DNA of 64,000 nt, from the IMG/VR virus record IMGVR_UViG_3300005458_000016; one strand, 5' to 3'. Shown piece by piece: positions 51,558 through 61,939 of the stretch. The stretch comes from an uncultured virus (IMG/VR IMGVR_UViG_3300005458_000016). Its lineage: Duplodnaviria > Heunggongvirae > Uroviricota > Caudoviricetes. Made by a program: the position numbers and the translations under genes. The notes below the pieces were generated by a model. That model was given only the letters and a program-made list of their open reading frames with translations. It searched no databases and was not told the origin of the DNA. Numbering within the stretch: the stretch's first letter is position 1; each line of letters opens with the position of its first letter.

Positions 51558-54311
51558 ATGGCTACTACGCTAGCTGCCCCTGCGGAGACTGCACAGGATC
51601 TTGTGCACATCTCCATCCCCATTCTCAAGTGGGAGCAGGATGATGACGGGGACCTGATTATCAAGGGGATCGCGACCGATGGCACCGTAGACTCGGACGA
51701 CCAGATCGTAGATCCGGTTTGGTCCGCAAAAGCCCTCGGGGACTGGCTCGCAACCGGTGGTAATGTCCGGATGTCCCACGATGCTCACCGCCCCATCGGG
51801 AAAGGTCTCAAAGTCGAGATCAACAAGGATGGCACGGATAAGCACTGGCTGACCGCCGTCATCGTTGATCCGCTGGCGCAGAAGCTGATCAAGAAGGGCG
51901 TCCTCCAGGCTTACTCCGTGGGGATTTCCCGTCCGGTTATCAAGCATGACCCTCGGGTCCGCAACGGGCGCATCTGCGGCGGGGATTTCGCGGAAGTATC
52001 CGTGGTTGACCGTCCCAGCAATAAGTCCTCGTACCTGGATATCGCTAAGTCCGCTGGCGACTCCTGCGAATACGTCCAGGAGATGCACGCGGATGACGAG
52101 ATCATCGCCAAGTTCTCCGGGGAAGACCTGGTAACGAAAGACGAAAGTGCCCAGGTTCCTTTCGCGGACGACATGAGCCTCACGTTCACCCCGAATGATC
52201 TCGCTAAAATCCTCAAGTCGAAGATCATCGACCAGCATTACGACGAGCTTGCCCTGAAAGCCCTGTACGAGGCCGAAGAGGCAGTATATAAGCGTGACAT
52301 CAACACCGCTACCAGAAGGCGGCTTGCATCCGAGGGGCATGCTCTCCCGGATGGCTCGTATCCCATTGAGAATGCCGGGGACCTGCATAATGCCGCACAT
52401 CTGGCAAGAACCGGTCACGGTAACGTTGCGGGCGCACGTCGCCTTATCGCAAGCGAAGCAGAAAGGCTTCATGTGCCCAATCCACTTAATGACTCCGAGG
52501 ACTCGGAGAAAGGAATCACAAGTGTGGTCGAAGAGACTGCTGCTCCGGAAGTCCTCAAGGATGACATGACGGGCATGGGCATGGGTGCGGACAAGGATCT
52601 TGACGCTGCCATGCTGAAAGACGGGGACGATGACGCCGTTACCGATTCTGTCGGTGAGGAGAAGGCTAAGAAGCCCAAGGGCAAGAAGATGCCCCCGTGG
52701 CTGAATGGCGACGATGACAAGAAGCCCTCCGGGGATGACGATGATTCCTGCAAGATGGATCACGTTCACTCCGAGAAGTGCTCCGGGACTCCCCAGTCTG
52801 CCAGCGGTGCCAGTGATGCTCAGGCTATGAATGAGATCCCCAACACCGGACCGGCGCTGGAAACCCCCGCCCCGAGTGGTATCCGTACTGCTGACCTTAA
52901 GACTGTCGGGGGTTCCCCTGAGACCGCAGCACTCATGCGGTTCAAGTCTGTCGGGGTTGACACGGACCTGGGTAAGCTGCACGACCTGACCTGCCCCGCA
53001 TATCACCCGGACGAGGTTAGCAAGTATCACCCGTACGCGGATCTGTCCTCGGTGATTGACCTGGACGTGTGGCAGCGCAAGGCTGTTGACGCGGCTTGCG
53101 GTCCTATCGAGACCGCACTGGAGCTGACGAAGGCATGGAGCGCGGCGCAGACCCTTAAGTCCGCTGATGCTGCTGAGCTGAACGACTACCGGCTGGAACT
53201 GCACAAGGCGTTCAGGGATGCTAACCCTGGTCCCACCAGCTATCCTTCCCCTGGTTCGGTTACCCCGAACGGGTATAACCGCCCGGTGATCACCGCAGGG
53301 CACGCCGCTAACTCCCCGGGGTATGACGGACCTAACTCCTCCCCGGATGTTGCCAGCGGCTCCCCCAACGCGCATTCGTTTGACCGTCCCCCGCTGGCGT
53401 CGGGACATCAGTCTCCAAGCCCCTCTCACATGAAGGGCGGAGCTGAGTACCCAGACGCACAGGGAGTTCCCACGCGGATCGATTACGCGCACGTGGAAAA
53501 GGAGAAGGCACGCCAGGCGCTCTCCCTGATCCACGATAACGTTTCGCGGATGTTCCCCCCGCTGTGCCCGATGACGCAGAATGTGACGCAGCCCGAGTCT
53601 CGCCCCATTCCGCCTGCGGCTGGTCTGGGCAAGCAGGTTGAGGTCGCTGAGACTGACGCGGCTCTCTCCAAGACTGTCGAGACCCCCGAGGTTTCTGCTG
53701 AGTTCCTTGCTCTCGCTGAGAAGGGGATGAAGAAGAAGCTGGGCAAGAAGGTGCTCGCAGGCAAGATGACTGTCGATGAGGCTCGCACCAAGCTGGGTCG
53801 CAGGGTAACCCAGAAGGCACTCGAATTGCAGCAGGCTGAGCTTGTCAAGACGCAGTTCGAGAGCGGGATCATCACCCGCGAGGAAGCCCTTAAGATGCTC
53901 GGGTTCGAGACTGAGGCTCCCGTCGTGGCTCCTGTCGAGAAGGCTGCGGAGACTCCCGAGATTACCAAGAGCGCCCCCGAGGTTTCCTCTGAGGACATTA
54001 TCAAGTCTGCCATCGCGGATGCTATTGCTCCGCTGGTTGAGCAGATCAACAAGCAGCAGGCAACTATCAGCGAGCAGGAAGCCCGCTGGGAGGCTGCCGC
54101 TAACGCTGCTGACCCCAAGACTACTTCATGGGCAGGTCTTGCCATGAAGTCGGTACAGCCGGTGGCTGTTACCAAGCAGGCTGAGATCGCGGAGCGCACT
54201 CAGCAGATGATTAACCGCCAGCTGCATCACGTCTGGCGTACGAGTGAGAACCCGCATGAGCGGGAAGCAGCCCGTAACGAGCTGGACAAGCGCGGCGGGA
54301 TTACAGAGTAA
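51558..54311 (+). CDS. Prohead protease / scaffold polyprotein
   Basis: N-terminal HK97-type protease (VRMSH, YSVGI, EVSVVDRPSN), ALPDGSYPI domain, acidic linkers, C-terminal coiled coil. Confidence 0.85.
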   Translation: MATTLAAPAETAQDLVHISIPILKWEQDDDGDLIIKGIATDGTVDSDDQIVDPVWSAKALGDWLATGGNVRMSHDAHRPIGKGLKVEINKDGTDKHWLTAVIVDPLAQKLIKKGVLQAYSVGISRPVIKHDPRVRNGRICGGDFAEVSVVDRPSNKSSYLDIAKSAGDSCEYVQEMHADDEIIAKFSGEDLVTKDESAQVPFADDMSLTFTPNDLAKILKSKIIDQHYDELALKALYEAEEAVYKRDINTATRRRLASEGHALPDGSYPIENAGDLHNAAHLARTGHGNVAGARRLIASEAERLHVPNPLNDSEDSEKGITSVVEETAAPEVLKDDMTGMGMGADKDLDAAMLKDGDDDAVTDSVGEEKAKKPKGKKMPPWLNGDDDKKPSGDDDDSCKMDHVHSEKCSGTPQSASGASDAQAMNEIPNTGPALETPAPSGIRTADLKTVGGSPETAALMRFKSVGVDTDLGKLHDLTCPAYHPDEVSKYHPYADLSSVIDLDVWQRKAVDAACGPIETALELTKAWSAAQTLKSADAAELNDYRLELHKAFRDANPGPTSYPSPGSVTPNGYNRPVITAGHAANSPGYDGPNSSPDVASGSPNAHSFDRPPLASGHQSPSPSHMKGGAEYPDAQGVPTRIDYAHVEKEKARQALSLIHDNVSRMFPPLCPMTQNVTQPESRPIPPAAGLGKQVEVAETDAALSKTVETPEVSAEFLALAEKGMKKKLGKKVLAGKMTVDEARTKLGRRVTQKALELQQAELVKTQFESGIITREEALKMLGFETEAPVVAPVEKAAETPEITKSAPEVSSEDIIKSAIADAIAPLVEQINKQQATISEQEARWEAAANAADPKTTSWAGLAMKSVQPVAVTKQAEIAERTQQMINRQLHHVWRTSENPHEREAARNELDKRGGITE

Positions 54312-54344
54312 TTATTGAGTTCGCTCCAAGATCGGAGAATTCGT

Positions 54345-56258
54345 ATGGCTGACGTTCTTACAGCCGATGAGGTTACCGCCCCAGGAATGGGCGGGTCCTC
54401 TGCTGGCAGTGCGAGCGCTTTCGGTGAGCGCGTAGCTCGCCGGTCCGACTACGAGGGTACGATGACTACCCTTACCAAGTCCCTTGTCAAGGGTGTCGGG
54501 CACATTACCAATGACGGGCGTCCCCTCAGTGAGGGAGCCCACAGCACCCAGATCCTGTCCAAGTCGCATCAGGCGATTCTCGATACCAGGGCTGCTGCTT
54601 TTGACGGTCGGTGGAATTCCGCTGACACCGTATCCCGGATTAACCCTGAGCTGTGGCGGCAGGCACCCCAGCAGTACAAGGGTCTGGGAATGCAGCTGAA
54701 CAATGACGCGGAAGTCCGCAAGTCTCAGGACGCTGCTCTCGGGAAGTCTTTCACTGCGGGAAACCTGGGGCTTAACGGTGCTCCCTATGGGCTGGTCCCC
54801 TTTGACCTGCTCGCACCGTCGAGGCTCATCTACCCGGTATATACCCTTTTCCGCAACAAGTTCCCCCGTCCTGCCGGTCAGGGTGCTTCCCGCCAGGTCT
54901 ACGGTCTGCTCGGGGTCAGCGGCTCCCAGACCGGGGGTCAGGGCGTTATTGACATCTCCATTCCTGAGCTGGTCCAGGCAGGCGGGACGATGGCGAGCAC
55001 TCAGTGGCCCATGAACCTCCCGGGTTCTGGTAAGCAGACTGAGTTCAAGCTGAATGTCCCTTACCGTTTCTTCGGGCTTACTGAGTCGCTCTCGTGGCTC
55101 GCTCAGTTCGAAGGTCAGGGATTCGAAGATATTTCTGCCCTGGCAAACCTGGTGCTTCTCCAGGAGATGATGTTGGGTGAAGAGTACCAGATGATTGCTG
55201 GGTCTTCCCAGCCTCTGGCTACTCCCAGCGCCCCCACTCTGGTTGCCCGTACTGCAGGATCGAATGAGACTGCTGTCGGAACCACTGGTACTGCCCGTGT
55301 CAGGGTCTCCGCGCTGAACTACTTCGGGGAGACTGCCGCTAGCACTGCCGCGACTGTCACCACTTCCGCTGGTCAGGTTATTGACGTAACCATTGCGCCA
55401 GTTACCGGAGCCCAGCAGTACAACCTTTACTACGCAGGTAACTCTGCCACCGTATTCCTGATGGCAGGAACCACCGTGCAGGCAGGAGTCACCACCAGCG
55501 GTGCGCAGACCGCGAACGCTGTCGGTGGTATCCGGTTCACTATCCAGGGTGCTGACCCCACGTCCGCTAACGGTTCTTTCCCGACCACAGACACCGGAAC
55601 GGGTTCCGGAAACCGGATGGAGGGGCTTATCCCCACTCTCACCGGGCTTTCCGCAACCGGTAGCGGTCCCTACTCTAACGTCGGGTTCGGAGGCGGGAAC
55701 GTCTGGAAGGGCGGATATGTCAACCAGAGCGTCGGAACTCACCTGAGCACTAACGTCATTTTCACCGCACTGGATGCCCTGTGGGAAAACAATGGCATGA
55801 ACAATGTCACCCCGGGCGTGTTCAAGGCTGATCCTTCTGAGATTGTCGCTGATGGTGGCGACCTCATGAGGCTCGCAAATGACATGCTCAACCAGGGTAG
55901 CGCTCTTAACTACCTGCTGAACATCGACCAGTCGCAGATCGGCGGCATTCGTGCTGGCGCTGCGGTTGCAGAGTTCGTCAACCCGGTCACCAGGAGCACT
56001 GTCAAGCTGACTGTCCACCCGTGGATGAGCCAGGGCACCGCGCTGCTTATGAGCTACCAGCTCCCGCAGACGTGGAGCCACGTTGACAATGCGTGGGAAA
56101 TGACCTGCGTGCAGGATTACGTTAGTGTCGCATGGCCTGTCATTGACGCTTCCTTCCGCTACTCCATTTTCCTCCTCGGGACTCTCGTTGCGCATGCTCC
56201 TATGTACAGCGGAATCCTCCAGGGACTCCAGGTCAGCGATATTACGCCTTTCAGTTAA
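54345..56258 (+). CDS. Major capsid protein with Thr-rich inserted Ig/FN3-like domain
   Basis: Follows the scaffold; PFDLLAPSRLIYPV, VHPWMSQG; strongest codon bias; terminator downstream. Confidence 0.85.
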   Translation: MADVLTADEVTAPGMGGSSAGSASAFGERVARRSDYEGTMTTLTKSLVKGVGHITNDGRPLSEGAHSTQILSKSHQAILDTRAAAFDGRWNSADTVSRINPELWRQAPQQYKGLGMQLNNDAEVRKSQDAALGKSFTAGNLGLNGAPYGLVPFDLLAPSRLIYPVYTLFRNKFPRPAGQGASRQVYGLLGVSGSQTGGQGVIDISIPELVQAGGTMASTQWPMNLPGSGKQTEFKLNVPYRFFGLTESLSWLAQFEGQGFEDISALANLVLLQEMMLGEEYQMIAGSSQPLATPSAPTLVARTAGSNETAVGTTGTARVRVSALNYFGETAASTAATVTTSAGQVIDVTIAPVTGAQQYNLYYAGNSATVFLMAGTTVQAGVTTSGAQTANAVGGIRFTIQGADPTSANGSFPTTDTGTGSGNRMEGLIPTLTGLSATGSGPYSNVGFGGGNVWKGGYVNQSVGTHLSTNVIFTALDALWENNGMNNVTPGVFKADPSEIVADGGDLMRLANDMLNQGSALNYLLNIDQSQIGGIRAGAAVAEFVNPVTRSTVKLTVHPWMSQGTALLMSYQLPQTWSHVDNAWEMTCVQDYVSVAWPVIDASFRYSIFLLGTLVAHAPMYSGILQGLQVSDITPFS

Positions 56259-56268
56259 TCTCCAGGTT

Positions 56269-56312
56269 CCCGGAGGGGGCGGGACTACAATGACCCCTCC
56301 CCTCCGGGTTCT
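56269..56312 (+). terminator. Hairpin terminator after the capsid gene
   Basis: CCCGGAGGGG...CCCCTCCGGG followed by TTCT. Confidence 0.6.
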
Positions 56313-56379
56313 GGGTTACGTTCTTTAACCCGCAAAGCGGCAGCTTAGCCGCATCATTTCAGATACAAAAAGGAGTTTT

Positions 56380-56700
56380 GTGGCTATCGCTACCTCTTAC
56401 CAGACAGTCGTTACTGCTGCTGCTACTACGTCAACAGCGCTTTACACGACTTCGACAACTGGCTACCAGCGTGATCTGGTCGTGACCAATAGCGGTGCGA
56501 GCACATGCTTCATCGCCCTCGGGACCGGGGTTACCAGTGCAGCTACGACCACCAGCTTCGGGCTTCCGACTGGCTCTTCTGTAGTACTTACCGAGTGCCA
56601 GGTCCCGAACAGCACTATCCTTTACGGGTTTGCTGCCGCATCGCCTGCTGGCGGGCTGAACGTGTCCATTGGGTATGGCTCGGTTGTCTCCGTTATCTAA
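56380..56700 (+). CDS. Thr/Ser-rich capsid decoration-like protein
   Basis: AGGAG SD; composition; directly after the major capsid gene. Confidence 0.6.
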   Translation: MAIATSYQTVVTAAATTSTALYTTSTTGYQRDLVVTNSGASTCFIALGTGVTSAATTTSFGLPTGSSVVLTECQVPNSTILYGFAAASPAGGLNVSIGYGSVVSVI

Positions 56701-56737
56701 ATTAAATAAGAGGAAACTTTCTCTTTAAGGAGACATC

Positions 56738-57259
56738 ATGGCTAACCTTCCTCCAGGCTCCCCGAACTGGGTAAACCTGTCTTACACCCCGACGTGGCTG
56801 TTCACCCCGTCAACGAGTGCCCCGAACACGGTTGAATTGCACAACAACGGGAATAACACTGTTTACGTGGGGCAGGCAAACGTCACCACCACCAGCGGAC
56901 TCCCCATCCCCCCGAGGACGAAGCCGGTGTTCCTGACTAATGTGCTCACCCCGCTGTACGCGATTTCTGCGATCAGCCAGGGTACATTGCTCGGGACGGT
57001 GAGCAGTGCCTCCACTGCGGGCAGCACCACTCAGATTTTCTCTGCTGGTGCGGTCACGGCACTCCCCCCGGGGACGCAGTTCATTATCGCGAACACTCAG
57101 TGGACCTCCAACCTGGAGGTTCTCAATGTTGCCACCTCGGTCGGGACAACCACGGTTTCCACGTCCACCCCTGCACTGTATGCGCACGGGACAACGGACC
57201 TGATTTACGCGGTTGCCCCCACTTTCGGGCAGATTTCCGTTCGCGGCGGCGTTCTCTAG
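56738..57259 (+). CDS. Thr/Ser-rich virion decoration-like protein
   Basis: N.G..TVYVG...VT...GLPI motif; AAGGAG SD. Confidence 0.6.
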   Translation: MANLPPGSPNWVNLSYTPTWLFTPSTSAPNTVELHNNGNNTVYVGQANVTTTSGLPIPPRTKPVFLTNVLTPLYAISAISQGTLLGTVSSASTAGSTTQIFSAGAVTALPPGTQFIIANTQWTSNLEVLNVATSVGTTTVSTSTPALYAHGTTDLIYAVAPTFGQISVRGGVL

Positions 57260-57317
57260 TATCCTGTAGTTCACCGGGGGCGCAATGCCCCCGGTGAACT
57301 CAGGAAGGTAATCGCAG

Positions 57318-57893
57318 ATGGCTTACTTGTATCCGTATTCCGCAGGAATACAGGTGCCCAGCTATATCGAGACAGATAAGATCGAACCGCACGGATACTT
57401 CCGGGAGTACCTGAAGATTGCCGCAGATATCGGTCCTTTCGGGAACGTCTGTGAAGTAGGGGTTTACGAGGGGGAATCCCTGCGGATGTGGCAGGGGCTT
57501 TTCCCGCTGGGAACAATCACCGGGGTGGATTGCAACCAGGCGGCTATATGGCCACAGGGAACAGTGAAAGTTGTCAAGAACCAGGATGACCTTTCACTTG
57601 CTGAACTCGGTCCCTTCGACCTGATCGTTGAAGATGCCAGCCATAACGGGACACTCTCGAAGAGAACCTTCGAAATCCTGTGGCCCCAGGTTGCCCCCGG
57701 TGGTTACTACGTTATCGAAGACTGGTACGTAGGGTTCCACGGACTGGTCCCCACCCAGTACGAACCAGAGATGATCAGCACGATGACATCCCTGCTGGAG
57801 CTGCTGAAAACCCGGGACGGGGAGTGCGATTCAGTCCTGTTCCGCTACGGACTCGCGATCGTCCATAAGGTTCCTGCTAAGATAACCCCATGA
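57318..57893 (+). CDS. Sugar O-methyltransferase-like class I MTase
   Basis: TDK...HGY, EVGVYEGESLRMW, DLIVEDASH, GGYYVIED. Confidence 0.8.
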   Translation: MAYLYPYSAGIQVPSYIETDKIEPHGYFREYLKIAADIGPFGNVCEVGVYEGESLRMWQGLFPLGTITGVDCNQAAIWPQGTVKVVKNQDDLSLAELGPFDLIVEDASHNGTLSKRTFEILWPQVAPGGYYVIEDWYVGFHGLVPTQYEPEMISTMTSLLELLKTRDGECDSVLFRYGLAIVHKVPAKITP

Positions 57894-58555
57894 CGCGGAT
57901 AGCTCTCTATGGCGCATCCAACCCTCACGTGGAGCGGCTGCTCCGCAGGGTTACGGCAGCTGACCCGAACCTGGAGATCCTCGGGTTCATCGATGACGAT
58001 CCTGCCAAACGGGGAACGATGTTCGCGGGATATCCGGTAACGGGGATTGATGTCCTCACAGTTCTCGATTTGTTCGATGTGTCGTTCGTCAACCTGGTCA
58101 GCGGTAACTGCGCGAGTCGCTACAAGACATCGCGGGTGCTCGCGGATAAAGGCTGCCGGTTCGCGAACCTGATCGACCCGGGGGTTGACCTGGAAGGCGT
58201 GCAGCTCGGGGTCGGGTTGTATGTCCAGGAAGGCGTGCATATCCAGCAGTCAGCAGCTATTGGTGACAATACAAGTATCCATATGGCTGCCCTCGTCTCT
58301 CACGAGAGCTGGGTCGGGGACTCATGTTTCATCGCGCATGCCGTCTCCATCTCAGGATGCGTGGACATCGAGGACGGAGTTTACGTCGGGACGAACGCGA
58401 CGATCCTCCCGAACCTCACCCTGGGGAGATGGTCGATTATCGGGGCTGGCTCGGTGGTCACGAAAGACGTTCCCGAATACACGGTGGTCGCGGGTAATCC
58501 TGCGAAAGTTATCCGCGAAGTCGAGCACGAATACGAGTCGGGTGCGATCCGGTGA
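57890..58555 (+). CDS. NeuD/PglD-like sugar acetyltransferase (hexapeptide repeat)
   Basis: GFIDDD, left-handed beta-helix repeats, IGAGSVVTKDVP...VAGNPAK. Confidence 0.9.
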   Translation: MTRIALYGASNPHVERLLRRVTAADPNLEILGFIDDDPAKRGTMFAGYPVTGIDVLTVLDLFDVSFVNLVSGNCASRYKTSRVLADKGCRFANLIDPGVDLEGVQLGVGLYVQEGVHIQQSAAIGDNTSIHMAALVSHESWVGDSCFIAHAVSISGCVDIEDGVYVGTNATILPNLTLGRWSIIGAGSVVTKDVPEYTVVAGNPAKVIREVEHEYESGAIR

Positions 58556-59589
58556 TCCCGCTTTTCAAGCCCAGCTGCTCTGACCTTGAGATTCAGAATG
58601 TCACCAGGGTTCTCCGCAGCGGATTCTGGTCGATGGGTCCTGTTGTTGAGGAACTGGAAGAACAGTTCGCGAAATACACCGGTTCCCGGCATGCAGTTGC
58701 CGTGAGCAACTGCACTGCAGCCCTCCAGCTCGCTCTGGAGACTCTCGGGGTACGCGACGGGGAAGTTATCATGCCCGCGCTGACATTCGCCGCTACGGGA
58801 CTCTCAGTGCTGCACAGCGGGGGTAGGGTCGTTCTCGCGGACATCGATGAGAATACCTTGTGCATCGACTGGGATGACGTGAAAAGCAAGGAAACCCAGC
58901 GGACTGCCGCGATCATCCCGGTATGGTACGGGGGGACCGTGAACTCCCCTCGTTCTTTCCCCTCCGGGTGGATTATCGAAGATTGCGCTCATGCTGCTGG
59001 CAATATGCTTGCAGGGCAGATCGGGGATGTCGCCTGCTGGTCGTTCAATGCAGTGAAAAACCTCGCCTCCGGGGATGGCGGGATGATCACCACTCCTGAC
59101 GGGGAACTTGCCGCGAGACTACGGAGACTCCGCAGGTTCGGGATTGACCGCAAAGGCTGGGATTACAGCATTCCCGACCCTGGCTGGAAAGCGGACATGA
59201 ACGATATCACCGCAGCTATTGCCCTGGCTCAGCTCCAGCGGCTGGACGAGATGAACGAGCTGCGCAGGAAGATCGTGCTGACCTATATGAAAGAATTCAG
59301 CGACCTGGACTGGCTGAGACTCCCCGAGTGGGATGAGAACTCCTCCTGGCACATGTTCGTGGCGAGAACGCAGCACAGGGACAGCCTGATCACTCACATG
59401 TATTCTCGCGGGGTATCAGCAGGAGTGCACTACAAGCCACTCAACCTGCACAGGATTTTCGGGGAACACAAGAAACTCCCCGTCACGGACAGGGTATGGA
59501 AAACCCTGGTCACGTTCCCCCTGTATCCCGATATGACTGACGATGATCTCGGGCAGGTCATTGATGCGGTCAGGAGTTTCCTTGTTTGA
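58552..59589 (+). CDS. DegT/DnrJ/EryC1/StrS sugar aminotransferase
   Basis: SNCTAALQLAL, IEDCAHA, SFNAVKNLASGDGG (PLP Lys). Confidence 0.95.
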   Translation: MIPLFKPSCSDLEIQNVTRVLRSGFWSMGPVVEELEEQFAKYTGSRHAVAVSNCTAALQLALETLGVRDGEVIMPALTFAATGLSVLHSGGRVVLADIDENTLCIDWDDVKSKETQRTAAIIPVWYGGTVNSPRSFPSGWIIEDCAHAAGNMLAGQIGDVACWSFNAVKNLASGDGGMITTPDGELAARLRRLRRFGIDRKGWDYSIPDPGWKADMNDITAAIALAQLQRLDEMNELRRKIVLTYMKEFSDLDWLRLPEWDENSSWHMFVARTQHRDSLITHMYSRGVSAGVHYKPLNLHRIFGEHKKLPVTDRVWKTLVTFPLYPDMTDDDLGQVIDAVRSFLV

Positions 59590-60151
59590 CGAGCACTGGA
59601 TCAGCGAAGGTCAGCTCAGCAGGACTGCGGAACTGGCGGCATCCACGAATGACCTCCCTGGGGAGGTTATTGAGATAGGGGTGCATCAGGGTCTCTCCGC
59701 GATCCCCATCGCGAACGCTGTTTACCCGAAAGTCTTGCACGCAGTTGATCACTGGGACTGGCAGCAGGTGCTCAACGGAGATGAGAGATACGATCCTCAT
59801 GACCACGCAGGGAGTCTCTCCGCGATCGGGCTGACACAGGAAATCATCTCCAGGGACAATCACGGGATATTCCAGGAGAACGTCAGGGAAGGCACCCAGG
59901 GTAACGTTCAGATCTGGAAGATGGGATGGCGGGAGTTCGCGGCACAGTGGACGAGACCTGTCAGGTTTCTTCATATTGACGCGATGCACACCGCTGATGA
60001 GGTTGCGGATAATATCAGGGCATTTCTCCCGTTCGCGGTCGAGGGCGCTATTTTCTGCGGAGATGACTATCAATATCCCCCGGTTTCCGAGGGTGTCGCC
60101 CGGTGTTTCGATGCCAACGACGAGTCTGCGCTGTGGTGGGTGAGGATATGA
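59582..60151 (+). CDS. Class I methyltransferase (Methyltransf_24/TylF-like)
   Basis: IEIGVHQGLS, FLHIDAMH, CGDDY. Confidence 0.8.
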   Translation: MFDEHWISEGQLSRTAELAASTNDLPGEVIEIGVHQGLSAIPIANAVYPKVLHAVDHWDWQQVLNGDERYDPHDHAGSLSAIGLTQEIISRDNHGIFQENVREGTQGNVQIWKMGWREFAAQWTRPVRFLHIDAMHTADEVADNIRAFLPFAVEGAIFCGDDYQYPPVSEGVARCFDANDESALWWVRI

Positions 60152-60591
60152 TCCGCGTCTGTTTCGTCTGCCTGGGTAACATCTGCCGCTCCCCGCTGGC
60201 TGAAATCGTATTGCGTGCTGAGCTGGCTCGTGCCGGTATCAGGGATGTCATCGTGGACAGCGCGGGTACTAACACGGGACATGCTGGTCTCCCGATGCAC
60301 ATCGAATCCCAGAAAGCACTGGCTGATCGAGGTTACGACGGGTCAGGGCATATAGCTAGGCAGTTCCAGTCTTCGTGGCTCACCGAACGGGACCTGCTTT
60401 TCGCCATGGACAAGAAGAACCTTGCAGATCTCCGGGAGCTTGGCGGGGATGACAGGGTGCACCTGTTCTGCGATGAGGAAATCCCTGATCCTTTCTTCGG
60501 GGGACCTGCTGATTTTGCTCATGCGCTTGACATGATCGAGGCTGGAACCCCCGCTGTTCTCGCTAGGATTTCTGCTATGCTAGCGGAATGA
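60148..60591 (+). CDS. Low-molecular-weight protein tyrosine phosphatase
   Basis: VCLGNICRSP P-loop, DSAGT, IPDPF. Confidence 0.92.
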   Translation: MIRVCFVCLGNICRSPLAEIVLRAELARAGIRDVIVDSAGTNTGHAGLPMHIESQKALADRGYDGSGHIARQFQSSWLTERDLLFAMDKKNLADLRELGGDDRVHLFCDEEIPDPFFGGPADFAHALDMIEAGTPAVLARISAMLAE

Positions 60592-61166
60592 ATCAAACGC
60601 TAAGCGAGCAACTGAATGACCTGACTTCCGGGGTTGACATCGCCTGCAAGGCAATGGACCCCGCAGACCTGGAAAGAGCAGCAGGAATGCTGCTGAACAC
60701 CCGGAGGATGGGCAGGTTCGTGTTCCTTTGCGGGAATGGCGGGTCCGCAGGGCTGGCGAATCACGCAGCCAACGATTTCGCGAAAGCGGGACTGCATGCC
60801 ATCTCCCTGGGGCAGAGCCCGGAGCTGATTACCGCCGCAGGAAACGATGATGGATACGAGAACGTGTTCTCCAGCCAGCTGGAGATGCTTGCCCGAACTG
60901 GCGACATGCTGCTCACCATCTCCTCCTCGGGGAAATCCCCGAACATCATCCGGGCACTGGAATACGCGAGCGACAACGGGCTGAAGTCGGTCTCGCTTAC
61001 CGGGTTCACCGGGGGCAAGGCGCGTGAACGGGCTGACGTATCGGTGCACGTGGAAGCGGACGTGCATGATTACGGAGTGGTGGAAACCGCGCATCAGGCA
61101 ATCCTGCACGCTTTCGCTGCTCACGTGAAGGCAAGATGGTCTGCCTCCAGCGAGGCTGCACGTTGA
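60588..61166 (+). CDS. gmhA: SIS-domain phosphoheptose isomerase
   Basis: CGNGGSA, TAAGND.GYENVFS.QL, ISSSGKSPN, E..H. Confidence 0.85.
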   Translation: MNQTLSEQLNDLTSGVDIACKAMDPADLERAAGMLLNTRRMGRFVFLCGNGGSAGLANHAANDFAKAGLHAISLGQSPELITAAGNDDGYENVFSSQLEMLARTGDMLLTISSSGKSPNIIRALEYASDNGLKSVSLTGFTGGKARERADVSVHVEADVHDYGVVETAHQAILHAFAAHVKARWSASSEAAR

Positions 61167-61939
61167 TTTACGACTGCTTCCTGTTTCATAATGAGCTTGA
61201 CCTCCTGGAATGCAGACTGAGGGAACTGGAAGATATTCCCCTTAAGCATGTCCTGGCGGAAGCTGCCGCTACCCATCAGGGTGCCCCGAAGCCTTTCTAT
61301 TACGCTGAGAACAGGGAACGTTTCGCGGCATGGGAAGACAAGATCATTCACGTCATGCTCCCTGCGAAAGACCTGGATGTCCCCGGGGATAATCATCGTC
61401 GTGCTATCGCGCATCGCAGGCATCTCATGCAGGGGCTCGGGGATGCGGATCGTGATGACCTGATCATGCTTTCCGATGTGGATGAGATTCCCCGCAACGA
61501 GATCGTCGCAGAATTCCTCCCTCCCAACCGGGCGCTGGAAATGTCATTCCATAATTTCGCCGTTGACTGGCTGCATCCGCTCCCCTGGTGCGGTCCGGTG
61601 ACCGCGAAGATGAAAGACATCACTGATTTCGAGAGAATGCGCAACATGAGGAATTTCTTCCCGCGCATTCCCGGGGCGGGATGGCATTTCTCCTGGCTCG
61701 GGGGAGTGGAAGCCATCAAGGAGAAAGCTCTCGCAACCTCTCACACTGAAACTACCAGCCAGATGCTGGAATGGGCTGACGCGGGCCTGCTGTACGAGCA
61801 GGGACGCTCCTGGGAGGACGGGAAGCCTTTCGGGCTGACCACCCAGATGCGTCCTACGGGAACTGGCGATCTCCCTTTGTGGATTCAGGAACGTCACTGC
61901 CCGCAAGAATGGTTCCGTCCTGAAGGGGAACGTAAATGA
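61163..61939 (+). CDS. GT17-like glycosyltransferase (beta-1,4-GlcNAc transferase family)
   Basis: IYDCFLFHNELDLLECRL, SDVDEIP, GWHFSW. Confidence 0.85.
   Translation: MIYDCFLFHNELDLLECRLRELEDIPLKHVLAEAAATHQGAPKPFYYAENRERFAAWEDKIIHVMLPAKDLDVPGDNHRRAIAHRRHLMQGLGDADRDDLIMLSDVDEIPRNEIVAEFLPPNRALEMSFHNFAVDWLHPLPWCGPVTAKMKDITDFERMRNMRNFFPRIPGAGWHFSWLGGVEAIKEKALATSHTETTSQMLEWADAGLLYEQGRSWEDGKPFGLTTQMRPTGTGDLPLWIQERHCPQEWFRPEGERK

Noticed and set aside
51570..56195. Long minus-strand ORFs (654 aa, 627 aa; also 44437-45615)
   Set aside because: Antisense shadows of strongly codon-biased structural genes, with no motifs or SD.
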